DNA of 64,000 bases from Sphingomonadaceae bacterium (GTDB lineage: Bacteria > Pseudomonadota > Alphaproteobacteria > Sphingomonadales > Sphingomonadaceae). The position numbers and the translations under genes are program-made. Positions 53,909 to 62,731 of this stretch are shown here, in pieces (positions within the stretch are counted from its first letter, which is position 1; each line of letters opens with the position of its first letter). The notes below the pieces were generated by a model. The model searched no databases. It was not told where the DNA came from and saw only the letters and a program-made list of their open reading frames with translations. The stretch is from NCBI GenBank assembly GCA_002863155.1, contig PKED01000047.1:10674-74673 (forward strand), read 5' to 3'.

Positions 53909-53977
53909 CGACACTTTCCTTGAAATCGCCGCGCGTGCACGGCAAGGCAGGCGCAAACCCGGCCTGAGGAGATTTGG

Positions 53978-54295
53978 ATGCCGCAGCTTATCGTCGTGAC
54001 CCGCAATGGGGAAGAACGGGCTATTGCGGGGGAAGCGGGCCTTTCGGTGATGGAAGTGATCCGCGATGCCGGGATCGACGAGATTCTGGCGCTGTGCGGC
54101 GGTTGCTGTTCGTGCGCGACCTGCCATGTCCATGTCGACCCGGAATTTGCGGCCAAACTGCCGAAGATGAGCCCCGACGAGGACGACCTGCTCGACTCGA
54201 CCTCCGACCGCGACGAATATTCGCGGCTGTCGTGCCAGATTCCGTTCAGCGATGCGCTCGACGGGCTGAAGGTGCGCGTCGCGGCGGAGGACTAA
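53978..54295 (+). CDS. [2Fe-2S] ferredoxin, adrenodoxin/putidaredoxin type
   Basis: [14 protein letters not shown] and SRLSCQI. Confidence 0.95.
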   Translation: MPQLIVVTRNGEERAIAGEAGLSVMEVIRDAGIDEILALCGGCCSCATCHVHVDPEFAAKLPKMSPDEDDLLDSTSDRDEYSRLSCQIPFSDALDGLKVRVAAED

Positions 54296-55011
54296 GGCGC
54301 GAGCGGCGCGAGTTTCAGCACCGCCGTCGGCGCCTGTTTCAGCGCGGGCGTCGCTTTCCAGACGATCCGTTTGCGGCCGGCCGCCGTCTGGACGCCGCTT
54401 TCCTCATTCTGGCTGACGATCTCGGCGTCGGTATCGAGCGTGAAGACGCCGTCGAGCGCGGTTGCGGGATCGGGTAAGGATGCGCCGCCGGGCAGGCCAG
54501 GGACCGATTTCGAGCTGTCATTGGCGAATGCGGGCGCCTTCACCCGCACCGTGCCGCCCTGGCGCAGCTCGACCGACACAAACGGGAAGATGACTTCGCC
54601 GTCGAGGTTGTACGGCCAGTTGAAGCCATAGGTCAGCACGCCCTTCACGGCATAATCGACCATGAACTTGCCCTCGCCGAGATAGACGACCTTGCGATAC
54701 CCGGCTTCGCGGGTGAGCGCCGCGGCGATGTCGCGGTTGCGCTTCTCGGTCTCGGCCTTGGCGCGCGCCTTGGCCGCTGCAACGTCGGCGGGCTTTTCCT
54801 TGCCGCCGCCGTCGGTGGACGGCTTCAAATCTTCAAGCCCCTTCAGGCTTTCGCCCGGATCGATCGCAACGACTTCGCCCGTGTAGCTGAAGGTGAAGCT
54901 GCGGTCGGCGTTGATCGTCAGCATCGAGGTGAACTTGCCGGGCGCCAGCACGCAGCTGGCAAGCAGGAAGGGCAGCAGCAGAACCGCCGTCAGGCGCGCG
55001 TACATCGGCAA
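54292..55011 (-). CDS. Hypothetical lipoprotein
   Basis: Lipobox LLASC; no recognised domain. Confidence 0.7.
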   Translation of the reverse strand: MPMYARLTAVLLLPFLLASCVLAPGKFTSMLTINADRSFTFSYTGEVVAIDPGESLKGLEDLKPSTDGGGKEKPADVAAAKARAKAETEKRNRDIAAALTREAGYRKVVYLGEGKFMVDYAVKGVLTYGFNWPYNLDGEVIFPFVSVELRQGGTVRVKAPAFANDSSKSVPGLPGGASLPDPATALDGVFTLDTDAEIVSQNEESGVQTAAGRKRIVWKATPALKQAPTAVLKLAPLAP

Positions 55012-55023
55012 TTCCCCCCTTAT

Positions 55024-55776
55024 TCAGTCTCCCCGTGTCGCGACCGCATATAGCGCAATTGCCGCCGCATTCGAAACGTTCAGACTTTCGACCTTGTCCG
55101 AAATCGGCAGTCGGGCGAGCACATCGCAATGTGCTTCTGTATTCTGGCGCATGCCTTCGCCCTCGGCGCCGAGCACGAGGCAGGTCTTGCCGCCGCCTTT
55201 CAGCGCGCCTGCAAGCGTCGTCGGCGCTTCGCCGGTCAGCCCGATCCGCCAATATTGCGCCTCGGCGATCTCGTCGAGCGCACGGGCGAGGTTGACCACC
55301 CGCACCCAGGGCACGACTTCGAGCGCGCCCGAGGCGGCGCGGGCGACCGTGCCCGATTCGGGCGGCGCGTGCCGGTCCTGCGTCACGATGCCGAGCGCAT
55401 CGAACGCGGCCGCCGATCGCAGCACCGCGCCGACATTGTGCGGATCGGTCACCTGATCGAGCACGATCAGCGGGCGATCATTGTCGCGGCCCTGCTCGAT
55501 CAGGTCACCGAGCCATATGTCCTCGAGCGGATCGGCCTCACAGACGATGCCCTGATGCGGCGCATCGGCCGGCACCAGTCGCGCCAGATCGGCGACGTCG
55601 GCGAACACGGTCGGCACGTCCTTCGGCATCACGATCGCCGATGCGGCCTCGTGCGTGATCCACAGCTTGCGCACGGTGCGTTCGGGATTGTCGAGTGCTG
55701 CATAGACGGCATGCCGCCCCCAGAAACGGGGGCGGTTGCCCTGGGTCTTGCTGGGGCGGTGGCCGCGTTTAGCCAT
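55024..55776 (-). CDS. rlmB: TrmH/SpoU family rRNA 2'-O-methyltransferase (RlmB-like)
   Basis: HQG, LDQVTDPHNVGAVLRSA, GAEGEGMR, VESLNVSNAAA. Confidence 0.9.
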   Translation of the reverse strand: MAKRGHRPSKTQGNRPRFWGRHAVYAALDNPERTVRKLWITHEAASAIVMPKDVPTVFADVADLARLVPADAPHQGIVCEADPLEDIWLGDLIEQGRDNDRPLIVLDQVTDPHNVGAVLRSAAAFDALGIVTQDRHAPPESGTVARAASGALEVVPWVRVVNLARALDEIAEAQYWRIGLTGEAPTTLAGALKGGGKTCLVLGAEGEGMRQNTEAHCDVLARLPISDKVESLNVSNAAAIALYAVATRGD

Positions 55777-55784
55777 GCCTCGAA

Positions 55785-57392
55785 TCAATCATCATCATTG
55801 TTGTACGCATAGGGATCGGTGACCGCAGGCTTGGTCGGCAGCGGCGGCTTGGGCAGCGGCTTGTCGGCATTGGCCGCGTTGACGAGAAAGCTTGCAAGGA
55901 TCGTCGATGCCTGGCGCATGTCGTCTCCCTTCAGGTGATCGAAGGTGTCGACGCTGGTGTGGTGGACGCGCGGAAAATAATCGAGCGGATCCTGGATGAA
56001 CTGGAAGCCCTGCAGGCCAATCGCCTGGAGGAAAACATGGTCGGTGCCGCCGGTCTTCTGGATCGCGACGGTGGTCGCGCCCATCGGCCCGAACGGGGCC
56101 AGCCATTCGCGAAAGATCGGCACGACCGCCGGATTATTCTCCGCATAGATGCCGCGCAGCTTGCCCGATCCGTTATCGATGTTGAAATAGGCGGCAAGCT
56201 CATTGTAGCCGGGCTTGGTCGTGATCGGCCAGCGATCATTCCAGCCATAGAAGCGCTTCAGCCCGGTCGCCTTGGGATCGCTCGGGCTGCCGCGCGTCGC
56301 CAGATGCTGTTCGACATAGGCAAGGCTGCCGAGCAGGCCCTGTTCCTCGCCCGCCCAGAGCGCGAAGCGGATCGTGCGCTTGGGGCGGATGCCGGTCGCC
56401 GCGATGATGCGCGCGGCCTCCATGATCATCGCGGTGCCCGCGCCGTTATCGGCGGCGCCGTCCGCGGCATGCCACGAATCGAGATGCGCGCCGGCCATCA
56501 CGTAACCGGCCTTGGGATCGGTGCCGGGAATTTCGGCGATGATATTGTATGCCTTGGTGTCGCTGTCGTCGAACCGGATCTTGGTGTCGATCTCGATCGT
56601 CGGGTTCATCCCGGCCTTGGCGAGACGCGCAAGGCGGCGATAATCCTCGGCCGCGATCTCGACGCCGGGCAGCGACGGCGTTTCGTCGGTGCCGAACAGA
56701 TAGCCCTCGCCATGCACCAGCTTGCCGTCGAGCCGCGACTTCTGCACCCAGGCGAGCGCCCCTTCGGCTTTCAGGAAAGCGTCGAGCTTCTTGGCGAAAT
56801 CGAGCCGTTTCAGCCGACGGTCGGCGCCTTCGGGGTCATAGCGCGGCTGCTGGAACTGATCGAGCTTGGCGAGATCCTCACCGGTGTAGCGCTTGAATGG
56901 CGGGGTCGCCGGCTCGTCGCCGGTGCCGGGCAGGGTCAGCATGACGATCTTGCCGCTCAGCTTGCCCTTCCACTTGTCGAAATCGCTCAGCTTGGCGATC
57001 GGCGCGACGATGATCGGCGCGGTGAGCGGGCCATTGGTGCCCGGAGTCCAGGCGATCGGGATCGCGGTCAGCTGGAGCGGGCGCGGCCCCACCATCCGCA
57101 CGCTCGACCGCTCGACTTCCCAGCCGCGACCGAATTCGAACCCTTCCTTGTGGACATTGGCGAGACCCCAGGCCTTGAATCGGCTCTGCGTCCATTCCTC
57201 GGCCTTGCGCATGCCGGGCGAGTTGGTGACCCGCGATCCGATCACGTCCGAAAGATGCTGGGCGGTCGGCATCACTTCGCTGTGGTTGATGCCCTGATCG
57301 ATGATCTGGTTGACGGCGTTGCGGTCGACCGACTGGGCAAGGGCGGGCGCGGCAATCACAATGGCGGCAGCGGCAAGCAGCAACGAACGCAT
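55785..57392 (-). CDS. Exported M28-family metallopeptidase with PA insert
   Basis: Signal peptide; GAHLDSW, GAADNGAG, WAGEEQGLLGS, GGTDH, HHTSVDTFD. Confidence 0.9.
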   Translation of the reverse strand: MRSLLLAAAAIVIAAPALAQSVDRNAVNQIIDQGINHSEVMPTAQHLSDVIGSRVTNSPGMRKAEEWTQSRFKAWGLANVHKEGFEFGRGWEVERSSVRMVGPRPLQLTAIPIAWTPGTNGPLTAPIIVAPIAKLSDFDKWKGKLSGKIVMLTLPGTGDEPATPPFKRYTGEDLAKLDQFQQPRYDPEGADRRLKRLDFAKKLDAFLKAEGALAWVQKSRLDGKLVHGEGYLFGTDETPSLPGVEIAAEDYRRLARLAKAGMNPTIEIDTKIRFDDSDTKAYNIIAEIPGTDPKAGYVMAGAHLDSWHAADGAADNGAGTAMIMEAARIIAATGIRPKRTIRFALWAGEEQGLLGSLAYVEQHLATRGSPSDPKATGLKRFYGWNDRWPITTKPGYNELAAYFNIDNGSGKLRGIYAENNPAVVPIFREWLAPFGPMGATTVAIQKTGGTDHVFLQAIGLQGFQFIQDPLDYFPRVHHTSVDTFDHLKGDDMRQASTILASFLVNAANADKPLPKPPLPTKPAVTDPYAYNNDDD

Positions 57393-57512
57393 CAAATCCC
57401 CTTTCGAGCAACAAAGTTGCGGCAGGGTTATGCGGGCATCCGGCCAAGCGCAAGCGGCGTTGACAGCCGGGGCGCAGATAGGCATTGAGCCGCCTCGCTT
57501 TTGGCGCCCCAT

Positions 57513-57598
57513 GGACAGGTGGCCGAGTGGTTAAAGGCAGCAGACTGTAAATCTGCCCGTGCAAGCGTACGCTGGTTCGAATCCAGCCCTGTCCACCA
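57513..57598 (+). tRNA. tRNA-Tyr (GTA)
   Basis: GGACAGG acceptor stem, GCAGA-CTGTAAA-TCTGC anticodon arm, long variable arm, GGTTCGAATCC, encoded CCA. Confidence 0.97.
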
Positions 57599-57613
57599 CC
57601 AGCTTATCCGCAA

Positions 57614-57645
57614 GCCTCCGCACCGATGTCGGACGCTGCGGAGGC
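57614..57645 (+). terminator. Hairpin after tRNA-Tyr
   Basis: GCCTCCGCA...TGCGGAGGC 9-bp stem with an inner CCGA/TCGG stem; no U-tract. Confidence 0.5.
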
Positions 57646-57965
57646 GTGATCGAAGCTGCGCCGAGGTTGCGCTTTTACAGCTCGAAATTGTTAAAGATGC
57701 GCCCCAAGCGCCGCGCCTGCTTTATTGCCTGATTTTATAAATGCTCAAATAACGATAATAATAAGATAACCGAACTAACTTCGTTAGAGAAAATGAAACC
57801 AGATTATATTGGCGAATAATTGAAGAAAATCAGTTTACAATAACTTCTTTCGCCTGTTTAATCTGACTGCGGTCGACCGTGGTCTGCCGTCTTCGAAGCA
57901 CATCAAGTTATCGGTCTGCGAATGGATGGGCTTCGGCGCCAACTGTCGGAATCGAGGAGAACGTC

Positions 57966-58142
57966 ATGCGAAAGGTGCTTATGTCGCTGCTTATTCTAGG
58001 ATCGGCAATGGCAACACCGGCTGTGGCGCAGGTCACGCCTGCGAACGCTGCCTACAGCTTTGAAGGGAGCGACCTCCCACCTGGGTGCTTCCGCGTATTT
58101 CCCGGCGGACCTGTTTTCTGTCTGCCATTGCCGATTGAATAA
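57966..58142 (+). CDS. Small secreted two-cysteine peptide (58 aa)
   Basis: GAGGAG RBS; signal peptide ending AVA-Q; mature part contains CFRVFPGGPVFC; hairpin just downstream. Confidence 0.65.
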   Translation: MRKVLMSLLILGSAMATPAVAQVTPANAAYSFEGSDLPPGCFRVFPGGPVFCLPLPIE

Positions 58143-58152
58143 TCGGATAAGC

Positions 58153-58183
58153 TGGTGGGGTCGGTAGGTCGCCGACCCCACCA
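58153..58183 (+). terminator. Perfect 12-bp stem-loop after the small peptide gene
   Basis: TGGTGGGGTCGG-TAGGTCG-CCGACCCCACCA followed by TTGAATT. Confidence 0.6.
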
Positions 58184-58387
58184 TTGAATTGCAGGGCAGC
58201 TTTGCCAAGTCGTCACGCGTTGTGACCGACCGGTTAGGGTCAGAAGGATTGTTGCAGCGATTTTACTTGTCTCGTTAATCCCCATGGGACAACGGAGGGA
58301 GGTTGCGAGCGCCATTGGGTTCGTGTCTATTTAGCTACCGATTGGCTCCGTTGCCCCAAGAGCCGATCCTGGAAGATCTTGACGACG

Positions 58388-59530
58388 ATGAACCCCGTCT
58401 ATTCCCGGCTCGGCACCACCATTTTCGAAGCGATGTCGGCGCGGGCGCGGGCGACCGGCGCGGTCAATCTGGGCCAGGGCTTCCCCGACGGCAAAGGTCC
58501 ACCGGACGTGCTGCAGGAAGCGGCGCGCGCGCTGCTGGGCAATTCGAACCAGTATCCGCCGATGGCGGGGCTGCCGGTGCTGCGGCAGGCCGTCGCGGAC
58601 CATTATGCCGCGCATCAGGGGCTCGACCTCGACGCCGCCGAAGTGATCGTAACGTCGGGCGCGACCGAGGCGCTGGCGGCGGCGATCCTCGCGCTGGTCT
58701 CGCCGGGCGACGAAGTGATCCTGTTCCAGCCGATGTACGACGCTTACCTGCCGCTGGTCGAGCGGGCAGGAGGCGTCGCGCGCTTCGTCCGGCTCGAGCC
58801 GCCCGAATGGCGGATCACGCGCGAGGCGCTCGAACGCGCCGCATCGCCGCGCACGAAGCTGATCCTGTTCAATGACCCGCTCAACCCGACCGCGACGATG
58901 GCGAGCGTCGAGGAGCGTCGCCTGCTCGCCGACTTCTGCGTCGAGCGCGACCTGATCGCAATCTGCGATGAAGTGTGGGAGCATGTCGTGTTCGACGGTC
59001 GCACCCATGCCTCGCTGATGGCCGAACCCGGCATGCGCGAGCGGGCAGTCAAGATCGGGTCGGCGGGCAAGATCTTCTCGCTGACCGGCTGGAAAGTGGG
59101 CTGGCTCTGCGCTGCGCCTGCATTGTCCGGGGTGATCGCCAAGGCGCACCAGTTCCTGACCTTCACCACACCGCCCAATCTTCAGGCCGCGGCCGCTTAT
59201 GGGCTGGGCAAGGACATGGGGTATTTCGCGACTATGCGCGCAGGCTTCCAGCGCTCGCGCGATCGGCTGGCGGCGGGGCTGACCGGGCTGGGCTATACCG
59301 TGCTGCCGAGTGCGGGGACGTACTTCCTGTCAATCGACCTCGCCGCCAGCGGCATTGCGATGGCCGACGTCGCCTTTTGTGAGTGGCTGGTCGAGCAACG
59401 CGGCGTCGCAGCGATCCCGGTCAGCGCCTTCTACGCGCAGGACGCCGTGACCAACGTCGTGCGGCTGTGCTTCGCGAAAGTCGACGACACCATCGACGCG
59501 GCGCTGGAGCGGATGGCGCGGCGGGGTTAG
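58388..59530 (+). CDS. PLP-dependent class I/II aminotransferase (YbdL/MtnE-like)
   Basis: AVNLGQGFPD, NQYPPM, VTSGATEAL, NDPLNPT, DEVWE, SAGKIFSLTGWKVGW; near mtnABCD. Confidence 0.88.
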   Translation: MNPVYSRLGTTIFEAMSARARATGAVNLGQGFPDGKGPPDVLQEAARALLGNSNQYPPMAGLPVLRQAVADHYAAHQGLDLDAAEVIVTSGATEALAAAILALVSPGDEVILFQPMYDAYLPLVERAGGVARFVRLEPPEWRITREALERAASPRTKLILFNDPLNPTATMASVEERRLLADFCVERDLIAICDEVWEHVVFDGRTHASLMAEPGMRERAVKIGSAGKIFSLTGWKVGWLCAAPALSGVIAKAHQFLTFTTPPNLQAAAAYGLGKDMGYFATMRAGFQRSRDRLAAGLTGLGYTVLPSAGTYFLSIDLAASGIAMADVAFCEWLVEQRGVAAIPVSAFYAQDAVTNVVRLCFAKVDDTIDAALERMARRG

Positions 59531-59943
59531 GCGTCGGGCGAACGACTGCGCGCTTTTCGGATTTTCCCCTCCCTGGAAGGGAGGGGCCGGGGGTGGGTTG
59601 GCCCGAGGATGTCGGCGACGTTCGCCAATATGGCTTCGGCGACGCCTTCAGGGTTCTCCGACACTTGTGCGTTCCAGAATCGGATCACCCGCCAGCCACA
59701 GCTTTCGAGAAATGAGGTGCGCTCAGCGTCGTACGTCAAATCGAGATGGTGGCTCCCGTCGAATTCGACAGCCAACTTCGCGTTTCGGCAGGCCACATCG
59801 AGGATGTAGTTTCCGACAACCAGTTGCCGCGTAAATCGGGGGCGATGATTAGCGATCAGCCGCCAGATCGTGCGCTCAGCGTCGGTTGCGTTGTTGCGCA
59901 GTTCGCGGGCGCGCTGGGTCATCAGGGGCGGAACGCGGGGCAT
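59527..59943 (-). CDS. DUF559 / Vsr-like PD-(D/E)xK endonuclease
   Basis: ARELRNNATDAE, FTRQ, YILD, AVEFDGSHH, DAERTSFLESCGWRVIRFWN; the C-terminal THPRPLPSREG is encoded by a repeat. Confidence 0.9.
   Translation of the reverse strand: MPRVPPLMTQRARELRNNATDAERTIWRLIANHRPRFTRQLVVGNYILDVACRNAKLAVEFDGSHHLDLTYDAERTSFLESCGWRVIRFWNAQVSENPEGVAEAILANVADILGPTHPRPLPSREGKIRKARSRSPDA
59566..59600. repeat. 35-bp hairpin repeat, downstream arm flanking the DUF559 gene
   Basis: CCCCTCCC-TGGAA-GGGAGGGG plus a CCGGGGGTGGGTTG tail; inverted copy of 59976-60010 (33/35 identical). Confidence 0.92.
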
Positions 59944-59975
59944 TGCGAAATTCTGGCGGCGGTGCCTGCCGAGCG

Positions 59976-60010
59976 CAACCCACCCCCGACCCCTCCCTTC
60001 CTGGGAGGGG
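59976..60010. repeat. 35-bp hairpin repeat, upstream arm flanking the DUF559 gene
   Basis: CAACCCACCCCCGA-CCCCTCCC-TTCCT-GGGAGGGG. Confidence 0.92.
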
Positions 60011-60122
60011 AGCGTTCGGGCTTGGGCTGGCCGAACGATTGGCGTCGTTACTTCGGGAGGTTGCTTCACGAATCCCGCATTTTGATGATATTGCGCAGCT
60101 TGAAACAATCTAGGATGATACG

Positions 60123-60347
60123 ATGAATGATCTCGTCGACGCATTAAGCAAAGCCTGCGCGGCCGCAGCTAAAGGTGACAGGGTTGTTACAGTTCATCTT
60201 TTCGGCATCGAGCATGCTGCCCGTCTCAAGAACGTCAATTTATCGGACCTCGCTGGGCGCGCGGGTATCAGTGAGAAGTACGGGACGGAGTTGCGTAAGG
60301 CTGTTCGTTTGGCGGAGTATGTTAAGATTGTAGCCAAGCCGCACTAA
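60123..60347 (+). CDS. Small AT-rich hypothetical protein, possibly HTH-like (74 aa)
   Basis: Intact ORF with AGGA upstream; codon usage unlike neighbours; amphipathic helices (VHLFGIEHA...GISEKYGTELRKAVRLAEYV). Confidence 0.6.
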   Translation: MNDLVDALSKACAAAAKGDRVVTVHLFGIEHAARLKNVNLSDLAGRAGISEKYGTELRKAVRLAEYVKIVAKPH

Positions 60348-60390
60348 GCAGTTTGGATTGGATCGTCGTGGAGCGCCTTTCCGGCTTTGG

Positions 60391-61425
60391 TTAGCCAATC
60401 CGCGCGCTGACACCCTTCTCGGTAATATACCCCGTCACCAGCCGCGCGGGCGTCACATCGAAGGCCGGGTTCGCCGCATCCGAAGCCGTCACCCGGATCG
60501 CGCCGCCTTCGCCCTGGACATGGGTGACTTCGTCGCCCGAGCGTTCCTCGATCGGCACGTCGGCGCCGGTCGGGGTGTGCGGATCGAACGTCGTCGTCGG
60601 CAGCGCGACATAGAAGGGAATGTCGTTGTCCTGGGCGGCGAGCGCCTTCAGATAGGTGCCGATCTTGTTGCAGACATCGCCGTTCGCCGCCACGCGATCG
60701 GTACCGACGATCACCATGTCGACCTGGCCGTTCATCATCAGATGCCCGCCGGCATTGTCGACGATCACGGTATGCGGCACGCCGTGGCTGGCGAGCTCGA
60801 ACGCGGTCAGCAGCGCGCCCTGATTGCGCGGGCGCGTCTCGTCGACCCAGACATGGATCGGGATGCCGGCGTCGTGCGCCTTGTAGATCGGCGCGGTCGC
60901 GGTGCCGTAATCGACCGTCGCCAGCCAGCCTGCGTTGCAATGGGTCAGGATATTGAGCGGGCGGTTGGGGTGCTTCGCATGCAGGTCGCGCAGGATCGCA
61001 AGGCCGTGGCTGCCGATCGCCTCGCTCATCGCGGCGTCTTCATCCGCGATCGCGTCGGCACGGGCGAAGGCGGCTTCGGCGCGCGATTCGGGGGGCAGGG
61101 GGCGGACATGCGCCGCCACGTCGTCGAGCGCCCAGCGCAGGTTGACCGCGGTCGGGCGCGCGTTGAGCAGGAAGGCGTGCGCCTTGTCGAGCCCCGCATC
61201 CGACGCATCCTCGGCGAGCGCGAGCGCCAGACCGTACGCTGCGGTCGCCCCGATCAGCGGCGCCCCGCGCGTCCACATCTCGCGGATGGCGCGCTCGGCA
61301 GTGGCGGCGTCGCGCAGCTCCACCCAGGTGATCTTCCACGGCAGGTCGCGCTGATCGAGGATCGCCGCGCCCTTTCCATCATCGGTGCGGCGGATCGATC
61401 GGGTGTGGATGCCGTTGAGTTTCAT
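60391..61425 (-). CDS. mtnA: S-methyl-5-thioribose-1-phosphate isomerase
   Basis: RGAPLIG, ARPTAVNL, THCNAGWLAT, ETRPRNQG, GTDRVAANGDVCNKIGTY, NPAFDVTP; start set at MKLNG. Confidence 0.95.
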   Translation of the reverse strand: MKLNGIHTRSIRRTDDGKGAAILDQRDLPWKITWVELRDAATAERAIREMWTRGAPLIGATAAYGLALALAEDASDAGLDKAHAFLLNARPTAVNLRWALDDVAAHVRPLPPESRAEAAFARADAIADEDAAMSEAIGSHGLAILRDLHAKHPNRPLNILTHCNAGWLATVDYGTATAPIYKAHDAGIPIHVWVDETRPRNQGALLTAFELASHGVPHTVIVDNAGGHLMMNGQVDMVIVGTDRVAANGDVCNKIGTYLKALAAQDNDIPFYVALPTTTFDPHTPTGADVPIEERSGDEVTHVQGEGGAIRVTASDAANPAFDVTPARLVTGYITEKGVSARIG

Positions 61426-61446
61426 TCGTCTCGTTCCTGTACCGGA

Positions 61447-61525
61447 CCCGTTCGTTTCGAGCGAAGTCGAGAAACGCTGCGCACCGCTCGGGTCCTGTGT
61501 CTCGACTTCGCTCGACACAAACGGG
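61447..61525. repeat. Stand-alone REP-like palindrome (79 bp) between mtnC and mtnA
   Basis: CCCGTTCGTTTCGAGCGAAGTCGAGAAAC...GTGTCTCGACTTCGCTCGACACAAACGGG. Confidence 0.9.
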
Positions 61526-61541
61526 TCAGTGGGGTGATTGG

Positions 61542-62192
61542 CTAAAGGCTGATCTCGTCGAAGTTCGAAATATCCGCCGGGCCACCACCGCGATCGATCA
61601 GCAGCGCCTGCATCCCCGCCGCCTTTGCCGCATCGGTTTCCGCCGCCACGTCGGACAGGAACAGGATCTCGCCCACCGGCAGCCCGATCGACTCTGCGAT
61701 CCGCGTGTAGGCGACTGCCTCGCGCTTCGGCCCGGTCGTCGTGTCGAAATAGCCCGAGAAAAGCGGGGTCAGGTCGCCCGCCTCGCTGAACCCGAAAATC
61801 AGCTTCTGCGCCGCGATCGATCCGCTGGAGAACACATAGAGTTTGAGCCCCGCCGCATGCCATGCCCTGAGCGCCGCGACCGCGTCGGGATAGACATGCC
61901 CCTTGAACGCGCCGTCGCGGAACCCCCCGTCCCAGATCATCCCCTGGAGCGTTTTCAGCGGGGTGATCTTGCGATCCTCGTCGATCCAGCGCTGCATCGT
62001 CGCGATCGGATCGCCCGGCTCGATCGCCTGAACCTCGGCCAGGATCGGCGCAACCTGTTCCGGGTGCGCCGCGCAATAATCGCCCAGCCGCGCGCGGGCA
62101 TAGGGAAACAGCACGTCCGCCACGAAGGAGATCGACGATGTCGTCCCCTCGATATCCGTGACGATGGCCCTGATCGTGCCGGACAAGCTCAC
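61542..62192 (-). CDS. mtnC: Acireductone synthase (enolase-phosphatase E1, HAD)
   Basis: [42 protein letters not shown]; GTG overlapping the mtnD stop. Confidence 0.95.
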   Translation of the reverse strand: MSLSGTIRAIVTDIEGTTSSISFVADVLFPYARARLGDYCAAHPEQVAPILAEVQAIEPGDPIATMQRWIDEDRKITPLKTLQGMIWDGGFRDGAFKGHVYPDAVAALRAWHAAGLKLYVFSSGSIAAQKLIFGFSEAGDLTPLFSGYFDTTTGPKREAVAYTRIAESIGLPVGEILFLSDVAAETDAAKAAGMQALLIDRGGGPADISNFDEISL

Positions 62193-62731
62193 GCGTGCGC
62201 TGGCTCGAGCCGGGGGAATCGGTCGGCGATGTCGTCGCCGGTGAATTGGGCGATCCAGCCGTCGGGGTTGAGGAACAGGCGGATCACGCTGAATTGCGGC
62301 TCGGCGCCCATGTCGAACCAGTGACGCATGCCGGCGGGGACCGAGATCAGGTCGCCCCTGGTGCACAGCATGTTGAACACGCGGCCACCTTCGTGCAGCG
62401 TGAACAGCCCCTGTCCATCAACGAAGAAGCGGATCTCGTCTTCGGCATGGGTGTGTTCGGACAGGAATTTGGTGCGGATCGTCGCGCGGTCAGGGTGGTC
62501 GGGGGTCACGCCCATCACGTCGATCGATCGATAGCCGTCGGCGGCGACGAGCTGGTCGATTTCGGGGGCATAGGCGCTAAGAACTTCGTCCGCGCTCGCC
62601 ACCTCGCGGGTCGGCCAGCGTTCGAAGCGGACGCCGATCGCGCCAAGCTGTTCGGCGATGACGGCGGCGTCATCGGTGTCGAGCAGCGGAGTCGCCGCAT
62701 CGGCCTCGTCGAAAATCTGCAAATGGCTCAT
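62189..62731 (-). CDS. mtnD: Acireductone dioxygenase
   Basis: [28 protein letters not shown] cupin motif. Confidence 0.95.
   Translation of the reverse strand: MSHLQIFDEADAATPLLDTDDAAVIAEQLGAIGVRFERWPTREVASADEVLSAYAPEIDQLVAADGYRSIDVMGVTPDHPDRATIRTKFLSEHTHAEDEIRFFVDGQGLFTLHEGGRVFNMLCTRGDLISVPAGMRHWFDMGAEPQFSVIRLFLNPDGWIAQFTGDDIADRFPRLEPAHA

Noticed and set aside
58172-58183. CCGACCCCACCA as an attR-like tRNA 3'-end remnant
   Set aside because: Shares only CCACCA with the tRNA-Tyr end; better explained as one arm of a hairpin.
58052-58315. 87-aa minus-strand ORF
   Set aside because: Overlaps the peptide gene and its hairpin; no motif or convincing RBS.
60391-62076. 561-aa ORF suggesting an extended or fused MtnA
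   Set aside because: The extension overlaps mtnC in a different frame and crosses a repeat; mtnC has its own stop at 61542.
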